A stretch of DNA of 64,000 nt from the IMG/VR virus record IMGVR_UViG_3300036791_000851, positions 2,600 to 66,599 of that record, one strand, 5' to 3'. This DNA comes from a virus. Position numbers and translations under genes: made by a program. How positions within the stretch are numbered: position 1 is the stretch's first letter; each line of letters starts with the position of its first letter. The notes beneath the pieces were generated by a model. That model searched no databases. It saw nothing but the letters and a program-made list of their open reading frames with translations, and was not told where the DNA came from. Below, piece by piece: positions 8,980-18,500 of this stretch.

Positions 8980-11753
8980 TGCCGTTAGTCAAGCCTGCAT
9001 CCCAGCCCGGTTTTAATTCGCAGGCGAGCCAGGTGCAGGCTGCCGGCGCTTGGTTTGCCGGTAATCGCGTGCGTTGGCGCTTCGGTCTTCTGGAGAAGAT
9101 GGGCGGATGGATACGGCTGTACGCAGACCCGTTTTTCGCGCGCATCCGCCGCATGCATGCGTGGGCTGACCTCGAGGATTACAGGAACCTTCTGGTCGGA
9201 ACCGACCTTGGCTTGGAGATTCTCGTCCAGAACACCAAGTATACCCTCGGGCATCAGCTCAATTTGCTGGGCGGCATCATTGTCGAGATTGGTCCGACAC
9301 CGAGCACCACGACGTTCAATGCCACCAGCGGTTCGAAAACGGTGACGGTCAATACGAAGGTTGGGATACCGATAGGTGAGAGATTCTATACGTTGCTACC
9401 GCTTTCGATCGGCGGCCGGATCATTCCGGCTAATTCCTATTTCACGGTCACGAACACGCTCGCTGGCAGCTGGTTCACCTTCGATATGCCGCAGGCCGCC
9501 ACCTATACGGAGACCGGCACCTACGGTACGCGCCTGTTCAAGAACACCGTCGTCAACGGCATAACCTGCACCTGGAAGGCGCATGGACTGGTGGCTGGCA
9601 GCACCATCACGTTCAACCAGCAAACGGTTTTGGAAGCAGGCTCGGCGTCTTTGAACTATGAGGTGGTGGAATTTTATCCTGCTCCCGGCAGCACGGCTAC
9701 CGTCAATGCCGTGATTGATGCGGACAACTTCACGTTTCCAATGCCGGCGCCGTTCACTGGCAATGGCAGCGGCAGGGAGGTTTATGACGGCTGTCAGGTC
9801 CAGGACAACACCGGTGGCCCGTTTAATAGCTCGCTTGCAAACATGATCGGCATCCCGGTTTTGGAAGCGCTGGGCAACCCACAGCAAGACACTTGGTTTC
9901 TCGACAATCTCGGCGAGACCGGCCTGGCGTTGCGCACCGGCGGCGCGCTTGAGGCCTTCATTCCGCCGATTGAAAATGGACCGTGGACTGTGGCTGTCGG
10001 CGGTGGTGCTATCCCGGCGACTGCGCCGCAGCACAGCAACGGCATGTTCACCACGATGCCGCAGGCCCAGGTGGTGTTGTTCGGGTCTGAGCCTATCATG
10101 GGCAATGGCGACATCGATCCGCTGCTCGTGCGCTGGTCCGATGCCGGCACCTATGACGTCTACACCGCGACAGTCAGCAACCAGGCCGGCAGCTATCGGC
10201 TCTCGCGCGGTTCCAAGATCGTTGCGGGCATCCAGGCGCCGCAGACCACGCTGCTCATCACCGACATGGACCTGTGGTCGATGAGCTATATCGGGCCGCC
10301 GCTGATCTACGGCTTTACCGTCATGGGAACGGGCTGCGGGGCGATCGCGCCGCATGCGATCGTCACGCTCGGCAAGACCACCTATTGGCTATCGCTGAGA
10401 AACGTGTGGTCGTTCGGTGATCAGGGCGTGCAGATGATGCCTTGCTCGGTGTGGGACACCATTTTCGAGAACCTCGATCCTATCAACATCAAGAAGTGCC
10501 ACGGCGCTGCCAATTCGACTACTGGCGAGATTGCGTTCTACTTCGTCGCCAAGTCGGAAGCATTGGATCAGCCGAATCTGCTGGCAGACTCGCAGAACTT
10601 CGCGGGCCCGGCGTGGACGCCGCTGGGGCTAGGCGCATTCCTGCTGGTCAACTTCAACACCAGCTATGTCTACGAACCAAAGTACGTGGCGCTTGGCTGG
10701 TTTGACGACAACGGCCTAGCGACGATCTCCTGGCTTGATCGCGACGTGCAGGCAGCGCCCAGTTCTACGGTGATGGCGCCTGACGGCACCTTCACAGCAA
10801 CGACGCTGCTGGAGGACAACAGCAACGGCGTACATCTGGTCCAGCAGGAAGTCCTGAAGTTTGGCGAGCCGCAGATTTTCACGCTGTCGATTTATGCCTA
10901 CAAGGGCAGCACGCGCAACATCACGTTGGAGGCCAGATCGTCGAGCAGCAATGCGTTCGTGACGTTTAATGTGACCAACGGGACCGAGGTTGCCAACGGT
11001 GCAGCTGGCGGCTTCAAGGTCATCAGCTGGGGAGAGACAGCTGATGATTTTGCAGGCGGGATCACGGTCGATGGTTGGTTACGCTACTTCATGGTGTTCG
11101 AGACCGATGACAGCGAAAGCATGACCGTATCCATCAATCTGACCAATGGCACGCAGGTGAGCTACGCTGGCAGCGGGCAGTTTGCCAATGTCTGGGGTGC
11201 GCAGCTCAATCTCGGCGGCGCGTTGCTGGAATATACTGTTACAGGTGATCTGATTCCGCAGAACGAGACCGTCCACTATATCAAGTACAACACGATCGAG
11301 AATGCTTGGGACAGCGGCGCTCTGGATCGCTCGGCATGGATCGATACCAGTATCTGGGGCACGCCGCTCGGTGCCGACGGCAACAACCTCGTGCAGCAGC
11401 ACGAGCGCGGCTTTGACGATGATGGCAACCCGATGGAGGACGTGTTTGTTGAGAGCGGCTTCACCGAACTGAGCGATGGCTCGCAGATGCTTTCCGTCCA
11501 CCAGTGCCATCCCGACTTCAAGTGGTTCGGGAACAATGGCGAGGTGAAGGTCTCGCTCAAGATGCGGAGCTACCCCGAAGGACCGGAGCAGCACTTTGGC
11601 CCGTTCTCGATGACGCCGACGACGCAGTTCTTCAATCCGCGAGCGCGTGGACGTTATGTGGCGATGCGCTATGATTGGTCGCCGCTGTTCGGCTTCTCGG
11701 CCCGCGTCGGTGCGACTACCTACCTGGTGAAGCCAGCGGGGCGCCGGCCATGA
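8979..11753 (+). CDS. Tail nozzle/stabilisation protein (P22 gp10 / T7 gp12-like beta-propeller) with inserted domains
   Basis: W...NRVRWR.G..EKMGGW; DPLLVRWSD...NQAGS.RLSRGSKIV; R.RGR.V.MR near the C-terminus. Confidence 0.8.
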   Translation: MPLVKPASQPGFNSQASQVQAAGAWFAGNRVRWRFGLLEKMGGWIRLYADPFFARIRRMHAWADLEDYRNLLVGTDLGLEILVQNTKYTLGHQLNLLGGIIVEIGPTPSTTTFNATSGSKTVTVNTKVGIPIGERFYTLLPLSIGGRIIPANSYFTVTNTLAGSWFTFDMPQAATYTETGTYGTRLFKNTVVNGITCTWKAHGLVAGSTITFNQQTVLEAGSASLNYEVVEFYPAPGSTATVNAVIDADNFTFPMPAPFTGNGSGREVYDGCQVQDNTGGPFNSSLANMIGIPVLEALGNPQQDTWFLDNLGETGLALRTGGALEAFIPPIENGPWTVAVGGGAIPATAPQHSNGMFTTMPQAQVVLFGSEPIMGNGDIDPLLVRWSDAGTYDVYTATVSNQAGSYRLSRGSKIVAGIQAPQTTLLITDMDLWSMSYIGPPLIYGFTVMGTGCGAIAPHAIVTLGKTTYWLSLRNVWSFGDQGVQMMPCSVWDTIFENLDPINIKKCHGAANSTTGEIAFYFVAKSEALDQPNLLADSQNFAGPAWTPLGLGAFLLVNFNTSYVYEPKYVALGWFDDNGLATISWLDRDVQAAPSSTVMAPDGTFTATTLLEDNSNGVHLVQQEVLKFGEPQIFTLSIYAYKGSTRNITLEARSSSSNAFVTFNVTNGTEVANGAAGGFKVISWGETADDFAGGITVDGWLRYFMVFETDDSESMTVSINLTNGTQVSYAGSGQFANVWGAQLNLGGALLEYTVTGDLIPQNETVHYIKYNTIENAWDSGALDRSAWIDTSIWGTPLGADGNNLVQQHERGFDDDGNPMEDVFVESGFTELSDGSQMLSVHQCHPDFKWFGNNGEVKVSLKMRSYPEGPEQHFGPFSMTPTTQFFNPRARGRYVAMRYDWSPLFGFSARVGATTYLVKPAGRRP

Positions 11754-11823
11754 TGCGGAGCATAGATGTGTCATGGATGCGGAGCATAGATGTGTCATGG
11801 ATGCGGAGCATAGATGTGTCATG
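11752..11823 (+). repeat. Perfect tandem repeat, 3 x 24 bp (GATGCGGAGCATAGATGTGTCATG)
   Basis: Read directly at 11752, 11776 and 11800. Confidence 0.95.
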
Positions 11824-12081
11824 AGAGGCGACGCGCTTGCTGCTCGGCAGCGTCTGATAACGCAAGCAGTGTACGCGCTGGCCGATCACATCGAGCAGGC
11901 AACCGGCTATGCGCTCACGCCGGTTACATTCGCCAGTCTGCCGACGACGATCACAGCCGGCATGATCGCGTGCATCAGTGACAGCACCGTCAATACCTGG
12001 GGCAGCGTTATTGCTGGTGGTGGGACGCACACCGTGCTTGCCTTCTACAATGGCGCGAATTGGACAGTGGTGGGAGCGTAA
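11821..12081 (+). CDS. Small tail protein carrying the shared C-terminal module (alternative starts at 11773 and 11797)
   Basis: TFASLP....GM.A.ISD....W......GGG......YNG.NW. Confidence 0.7.
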   Translation: MRGDALAARQRLITQAVYALADHIEQATGYALTPVTFASLPTTITAGMIACISDSTVNTWGSVIAGGGTHTVLAFYNGANWTVVGA

Positions 12082-12082
12082 A

Positions 12083-12247
12083 ATGATCCCTACGCCGGCG
12101 GCTACTGCTCCTGTTTCGGTGCCGCCTCCTGTTTCACAGACTGAGGGCTTTCTTTGGATCGATCAATTAAGCGAGGAAATGCTGCTGACGGTGCAGGCGT
12201 TCCAGCGGCTGCATACGGCGCTGCAAAACAGGATGATCGGCAAGTGA
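12083..12247 (+). CDS. Small hypothetical protein
   Basis: GGGAG RBS then ATG at 12083. Confidence 0.5.
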   Translation: MIPTPAATAPVSVPPPVSQTEGFLWIDQLSEEMLLTVQAFQRLHTALQNRMIGK

Positions 12248-12486
12248 TTGCTTTGGACAACTACCTGATGCAGGCCTATCGTCGGGACGTCATGGGCCAG
12301 TCGGTGACCATTGAGATGCCGCAGGTCGATCTGAAAGAGGTCGAGGCGCAGATCGCGCGTATCGACGCCTTGCGGCTGGGCGCGCATCTCGCCAGCCGCG
12401 ACTTCGTTTCCTACCAGAACCGGCGCGCGCTGACCTTGCTGCGGGAGCAGTTTAAGAAGCGGGAGAAGGACGATGGATCGGCGTGA
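12244..12486 (+). CDS. Hypothetical protein
   Basis: GTGA coupling; helical, charged sequence. Confidence 0.5.
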   Translation: MIALDNYLMQAYRRDVMGQSVTIEMPQVDLKEVEAQIARIDALRLGAHLASRDFVSYQNRRALTLLREQFKKREKDDGSA

Positions 12487-12919
12487 GATTCTCAAGATGT
12501 TTGGTGTCGCGGCCGCAACTGCTGTGCCGGTGGCTGCGGCTGCGCGCGTCACTTCTGTCGAGCGACACGTCATTGGCGCCACCAGTGGCGATGAGGCTCT
12601 TGTGCGGACGTTCGATTTTGCGCCGCCGCCGCCGCCCGAGGGCATGACGTATCAGTGGAAACGGGTGTTCATCGCCAGTGACGAGCCGGATTTCCGCAAC
12701 ATTGCCAACATGATCGACGCCGGCTGGAAGCCGGTGCCGGCATCGCGTCACCGCGAGAAATACCCCGACAACGGTTCTTATTGGGTCGAGATCGGCGGCA
12801 TGGTGCTGATGGAGAAGTCGGCGAAGGGCATCCCACCACCGCGGAAGTATCCCGAGCCACACGATGAGCACGCTGGTTTCGTCGAGATCGACGGGCATGG
12901 GATGATCATCGAGGAATAG
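12473..12919 (+). CDS. Twin-arginine (Tat) signal-like protein, paralogue of 62289-62879
   Basis: MDRREILKMFGVAAATAVPVAAAA; Y.WKR...GW..V...LME domain. Confidence 0.7.
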   Translation: MDRREILKMFGVAAATAVPVAAAARVTSVERHVIGATSGDEALVRTFDFAPPPPPEGMTYQWKRVFIASDEPDFRNIANMIDAGWKPVPASRHREKYPDNGSYWVEIGGMVLMEKSAKGIPPPRKYPEPHDEHAGFVEIDGHGMIIEE

Positions 12920-12921
12920 CC

Positions 12922-13311
12922 ATGCCGCTGATCAAGTCTGGCAGCGACGCCGCGCGTCAGACGAATATCCGCACCCTGATGGGTGAAGTCGGCAAGTCTC
13001 CGCACGTGCAGTCGCGGCAGCAAGCGCTCGCAATTGCATACGAGACCCAGCGCCGCGCCGGGCGTGCCGAGGGCGGCCCGGTCGGCGGCCTGGTCGACCA
13101 CGATCGCGATCCCGATCTGCCGCCGGCCGAGGATGCGGTGCGTCTGGAGCCCATGATGCAGCACCAGACTGATCCGGCCTATATAGCAACCATCCAGCGC
13201 CTGATGGAGGGCCAGAGGCGGCTCAACGCTATGCACCCGATGCAGCGTGACATGCTGCGCCGCTTCTGGCTCGGCGGCCTGGCTTACTGGATGGGCGGCT
13301 ATGTGAAATGA
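12922..13311 (+). CDS. Small basic internal virion protein (DUF6496-like) with GG motifs
   Basis: MPL.KSGS.....NIR..M......SRQQALAIAY...RRA.RAEGGPV. Confidence 0.65.
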   Translation: MPLIKSGSDAARQTNIRTLMGEVGKSPHVQSRQQALAIAYETQRRAGRAEGGPVGGLVDHDRDPDLPPAEDAVRLEPMMQHQTDPAYIATIQRLMEGQRRLNAMHPMQRDMLRRFWLGGLAYWMGGYVK

Positions 13312-13952
13312 CGCCCTTCAGCGCGCTCGTCGACGCTTCGACATCGGCGCTGCTTTGTTTGAGCGCACAGCCGAATATCATCTCGTTTCTGGCGCGCTCG
13401 CCGCCGCTGCAAGCGGAAGAATGGCACAGCGTTAACCTCCCCAATTATCAGCAGAATTTCACCATTGCGAACGATGCTGCGGCTTATCCGAGGTGGGCTT
13501 GGGATAGAAAGACGCGCCTATTCTCGCCGATGGAACGGGTCAGCGATGATCTGAAGCGGCGCTCAGAGCTGGCGATCAAGAAATGCGCAGCGCTCGGCGA
13601 GATGATCTACGAGCTGTCGGTTGCGCGCTATCCGATATGGCGCGGCATCATCATGCAGGAGACCATCTATCAAGCCAAGAAGACGCAGGCGCAGCGCTAC
13701 AAGGACCTCGGGTACCCGGAGAACATGTTGCAATTTCCCTACGTGCTGCAGTACGCAGATTTTGCCGCCTTGACGACGCAAGCTGCTGCCGACGAGATAT
13801 TGTTCAAGGCCAAGCTCGACGATGATTGCTTGCTGAAGAGCGAGTTGATCAGGCTGAGGTATTTCAACTTGGTGAGCGAGGCCGAAGAGACGAGCGAGCT
13901 GGATACCATTCTCAGGGACTTTCGCGTGGACATGTACCGGAGAGGCTTTTGA
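13308..13952 (+). CDS. Tail-fibre-assembly-chaperone-like protein
   Basis: C-terminal Q..IY.AK..QA..Y......FP....A......AA.EIL.......E..RL...V..A...EL pattern. Confidence 0.5.
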   Translation: MTPFSALVDASTSALLCLSAQPNIISFLARSPPLQAEEWHSVNLPNYQQNFTIANDAAAYPRWAWDRKTRLFSPMERVSDDLKRRSELAIKKCAALGEMIYELSVARYPIWRGIIMQETIYQAKKTQAQRYKDLGYPENMLQFPYVLQYADFAALTTQAAADEILFKAKLDDDCLLKSELIRLRYFNLVSEAEETSELDTILRDFRVDMYRRGF

Positions 13953-15046
13953 GATTCACGTTCTATAACGTCAACTACATCGCCCGATTTCAGGAGGTCC
14001 CGGTCATCAGGCGGTTCATGTCCTACTTCAAAGTATATGGCCCAACCACTGCGCCCGTCGACCGTAGCGGCGTTCTCAAGTTTCCCGTCCGCATGCGGTC
14101 GATGTTTCCGCTGCCACAGCAAAATGGGTCGTTTACGAAGACCTACGAGGAACTGTGCAACGAGCGTGCCCAGCAGCTCCTCGCGCGTGCGGAACGGCTG
14201 GACACACAGCTCTATGCATTTTGGTCAGGTGGCATTGACAGCACCTGCCTTCTGATCTCGCTACTGAAGAACGCGAGCCCGTCGCAGAGAGAGCGGCTGG
14301 TCGTGCTGATGTCGGAAGAGTCGATAGCCGAGTATCCGTTGTTCTATCGAAAGTACATTCGCGGACAGCTACGGCGCGAGTCGGCGATGCTGTTTCCATA
14401 CATCATTGGCACACCGGTTTTGCTCGTAAACGGAGAATGCAACGATCAGCTGTTTGGTTCCGACATTATCGAGACGGCGATCAACCGCTTTGGCACCGAC
14501 GCTGTTTGCAAGCCCTATGATCGAAACCTGTTTGCGTCGTTCTTCACACAAGGGATCGGCGGCGAAGGAATGGGCAGCGACACACCGTTCTATGTCGAGC
14601 TGTTCGAGCATCTCTGCGACAACGCTCCTGTGACTTTGAGCTCAAACTATGATCATTTTTGGTGGATTAACTTCGTGCTGAAATGGCAGACCGTCTACAT
14701 GCGGATGCTCAACTACACAGCAGAGCGGAACGCGCATCTGCTCACTGAGACCTATCTGCGCAAATACTATGCGCCGTTCTACAACACGGAAGGGTTTCAG
14801 CTCTGGAGCATGGAGAACACTGATCAGCGGCTCACAAACGGATGGCGCAGCTACAAATGGCCGGCAAAGGATGTGATCTACAATTTCACCAAGGATGCCA
14901 ACTATCGTGACATCAAGGTGAAGCGCGGCTCGTTGAAGTTTCTGATCATGAGCCAGGTCTCAAGCAACTTCATCGACGACAAGTTTGGCTTCCATAATGA
15001 GGTTGCGATCGAGGACTTCTATGCCAAGGACAATGTTTTCGTGTGA
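13949..15046 (+). CDS. Asparagine-synthetase-C / lasso-cyclase-like PP-loop ATP pyrophosphatase lacking a glutaminase domain
   Basis: FWSGGIDST PP-loop; NGECNDQLFG (cf. GEGADELFG); APFY...F; YK.PAK..I; TTG start with GGAGAGG RBS. Confidence 0.8.
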   Translation: MRFTFYNVNYIARFQEVPVIRRFMSYFKVYGPTTAPVDRSGVLKFPVRMRSMFPLPQQNGSFTKTYEELCNERAQQLLARAERLDTQLYAFWSGGIDSTCLLISLLKNASPSQRERLVVLMSEESIAEYPLFYRKYIRGQLRRESAMLFPYIIGTPVLLVNGECNDQLFGSDIIETAINRFGTDAVCKPYDRNLFASFFTQGIGGEGMGSDTPFYVELFEHLCDNAPVTLSSNYDHFWWINFVLKWQTVYMRMLNYTAERNAHLLTETYLRKYYAPFYNTEGFQLWSMENTDQRLTNGWRSYKWPAKDVIYNFTKDANYRDIKVKRGSLKFLIMSQVSSNFIDDKFGFHNEVAIEDFYAKDNVFV

Positions 15047-15057
15047 TAGGTTGAGGC

Positions 15058-15570
15058 ATGGATTCGGGCACAGTGCAGGCGCCGGGGACGTCCCTTGTCC
15101 CGCCTGAAATGCTGCTGCAGTTACGACGCTTCCGCTTGGAATACGAGCGGTGTTGGCCATGGCTTGATGGAGCGATAGCGCGCTTCGGACGAACGCACGA
15201 CAGGGAGCAACTTTGGCAGGAGCTTTCTGCAAAGCGTAACGTCTTTTTCTTTTCGATGCCGCACTGCGCTGCAATCGTCAGGGTGACTCTTTGGCCGACT
15301 GGGCTTAAAGACCTGCACGTTTGGTTGGTCGGCGGCAATTTGAGGGAGATCAGAGACGGGCTTTATCCCAAGATGGAGGCTTGGGGTAAGCAGATAGGAT
15401 GCCATCGAATCATTGGGTACGGCCGCAGAGGATGGCTGCGGGTGCTTGAAGGCTGGATGTCGCACGGTACGACGCGGGTGAAGAGCTTGATGGGCCCGCA
15501 ACCAACCGAGGTGGAATTGAAGATTCTCGGGTACAGCGAACTGGCCGCAAGAGATGGCGAGGAAGGCTAG
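15058..15570 (+). CDS. GNAT-fold acyltransferase-like protein (internal virion protein modifier)
   Basis: LHVWLVGG.L.E......E.W.K..GC..I...GR.GW.RVL.GW. Confidence 0.75.
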   Translation: MDSGTVQAPGTSLVPPEMLLQLRRFRLEYERCWPWLDGAIARFGRTHDREQLWQELSAKRNVFFFSMPHCAAIVRVTLWPTGLKDLHVWLVGGNLREIRDGLYPKMEAWGKQIGCHRIIGYGRRGWLRVLEGWMSHGTTRVKSLMGPQPTEVELKILGYSELAARDGEEG

Positions 15571-18500
15571 AAAACGGAGAAGCCTGACGACGCGCTGTCC
15601 ACAGCGTCGGAAGGTGCGCCAGGCGGGCGGTGGTCTCCGCAGCCATCGCCCGCCACCGCCGCCGCCGCTGGGTTTTTTCCTGAAGAGCAGAGCTGAACTG
15701 CCCGAAGGATACCGGCCGCCACCGAAGCGCCGGCGTCAGCTTCCTGCACCTTCCGTGACCGATGCAGCACGTGGCGTCCCCGGATACGGGTCCTTCAAGT
15801 GGTCACATGCGGGCAAGATGAACGGCTCCAGCTTACGGTTTCGTCGCGGAATACCGTTTGGCATGGATTGGTGCCAGGTCAACGGCCGTCTTTACCCGAT
15901 AGGTTATCCTCAGAGCCAGGCCTGTACGGCGGCCTGCGGCCACATGGCGAGCGAACGCGGTGGCTGCGGCGGCTGCGGTGGCTGCGGCGGCTGTGGCTGC
16001 GGCGATGCTGGCGGCGGCTGTGGCTGCGGCGATGCTAGCGGCGGCTGCAGCTGTGGCAGTCCTGGCGGGGGCGATCCCGGCGGGGGCTCTCCTGGCGGCG
16101 GTCCTGCTTGCGGCTGCTCAGATACAGGCTGTGGCCAAGGCGCCTGCGGCGGCTGCAACTGCGGCGGCTCTTGCGCCGGCGGTTGCGGCGGTCCAGGCGC
16201 TTGCGCCGGTTGCACAGGTACCGGCGCCGGTCTTGGCGGCGGCTTTGGCGCTCCCGCTGGCGGCGATCCTGGAGCGGCGGCTGCAGCGGATGGTGCGCTG
16301 GGTGCGGCGGCGGATGCAGCAGCCTCCGGTGCCCTTGCCGGTGGCGATCCCGGCGGTGCTTTTGCAGGCGGCGATCCCGGAAGCAGTTTTGGCGGCGGCT
16401 TCGGGTTAGGAATGGGTGATCCTAGCAGCGGCTTCAGCAGCGGTTTCGGAAGTTTCTCCTGCGCCACCCCCGGGATGGACATCGGTACTGCTCTCGGCCT
16501 GGCCGCGGCCGATCCCCAGGGATTCGGCATGAGTACGGAGGACATTCAGGCTGGTGTCACCCCGAGCAGCCCGGCAGCGCTCGCTCAATCGGTGGGATAT
16601 GCCGTCAGCCCGGCCGAGTCCTCGGTCGAGCTTGGTACTTCAATAGCAGGTGCGATGAATGCGGCAGCAGCCAATGCCGTCCTGAACGCTCCCCAATCGC
16701 AGGTGCCTGCGGTGACTGCCGCAGTGGCACAGGCGACGTCGCTGTCTGAGGTCCTGGCCGCCGCCGCCGCAATGGGTGTGTCGACAAGTGGACCGTTTGG
16801 CGAATTTGGAGGACCGTCACCGGTAGGCATACCCGCGCCCTCACCGCCCGGGCAGGCGATTTTTGTGCCTGATCCCCAGTCCGCTGCGATGAATGCTGCC
16901 GGCGCTCCGGGTGGCGACGTCGGTCTTGGGGATTTTGCAGCATCTCAGCCGTCCGACGGTGGAGATCAATCCCAAGTTGCCGGGCTCGGGGACACCGGCG
17001 GCCAAATGGTCTCGCCGGATTTTGCGCCGCCTGCAAGTGCAGATCAGACCCAGGTAGCGGGTCTGGGCCCTGACACGTTCTCTCCCTCTGCTGACATCTC
17101 TCCTGACACGTTGGACCTGCTGTCGGGCGGCCAGATGTTCGGTCAGGCGCCATCGCAGGGCGGTGCGCAGGTTGCGAGTCTCAGCCAAGACTTTGTCCCG
17201 AGCGCTCCGAGCGGCGGCGGTTTAATCGGCGGCGACAATGTCATCGGTGGCCTCGGCGGTGATTTCAATCTTCCAAGTGGCCTACCGTCGGGGCAAGATC
17301 AGGCGTCTCTTACGGCCTCTAACATCTACAACATGGACTCGCCGTCAAGCCTTGCCTTCATGGGAGGCAGTTCGGGCGGCGGTCAGCAAGCTGCAGAAAA
17401 AGAAATAACAGCCAATGTCGCGTCTCCCGATGGTGGCGGTAAGACCGAGGGACCGATAGCAGGACTCGCAGATCAACTCGGCATAAACGATATTCCGTCA
17501 TCAGGCGGCGGCGATCAGCCGGACACGGCTAAGTCGGATACGACAGAGCCAGACAGCTCGGCGCCGGACAAGGCTGCATCAGAACCTTCAGCACCATCAG
17601 AACCTACGACGCCATCAGAGCCTACGACACCGTCAGAAGGCGGCAGTCTTGCGAAGGACATTGGTATCGGCGACATCCCGACATCAGCATTCACACCTGG
17701 TGGGTTTGAGACAACGAAGGCGGACACGAGAGAACCAGAGAGCACAACGTCACGGCAGCAAGCGGCGGGGGAGACAACAACAACTTACGATCCGCTGACC
17801 GGTTATCCCATGGGAACGACGACGTCCGCGCCGGCGGAGACAATACCTGATTGGCTAAAAGGCGCGTTCGGCGGTGCGACTCTCGGCGTTCCTGCAATAC
17901 CCTTCGCGGGACCGTTCGCTCCGCTTGTGGGCGGCATATTAGGTGCTGGTGTGTTCCCGTTTCTCAACGATCCTAATTTGTTGGGAAGCACACCATTTCC
18001 AGAGCCGTCAGCAACTCCCGAAAGTACCCAACGACCGGCCGGAACTGCGGCGCCGCCGAGCGTGCCATCAGAGCCCTTTGTCGATCCGCTGACCGGCTTT
18101 GCCATGCCGGCACCTGCGCCACCAGGACCAACGACGATAGCAGGTGTTGGTGAAAATGTTCCCGTCAGCGGAGGTGCGGGGAACGAGCCAGTTGTGTCCT
18201 CCGCTACAATACCGGAGGCCACCGGCATCCCGGAAGCGGTGACAACTTTCGATCCATTGACCGGCTATCCCATGGCGGCACCCCCGCCACCGGGGCCCAC
18301 GACCGTAGGAGGCATTGGTGAAGATGTTCCTGTTGTCGGAGGTGCGGGGACCGAGCCAGTCGTGTCTTCCGCTACAATGCCAGAGACCGCCGCCGGCCCG
18401 GGCGGGCTCACCGGAATAGAGACGGGGTTACCGCCTGATTTCAGCATCGCTAGCGTGCGCGAGGCGGTAGGTTTGCCGCCGTCAGTATCTTACGACCCGC

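Noticed and set aside
11752-11823. CRISPR mini-array
   Set aside because: The repeats are directly adjacent with no spacers, and there are no cas genes
13949-15046. Canonical asnB or queC auxiliary metabolic gene
   Set aside because: No Ntn glutaminase domain, no QueC Zn-binding Cys cluster, and no other 7-deazaguanine genes in the window
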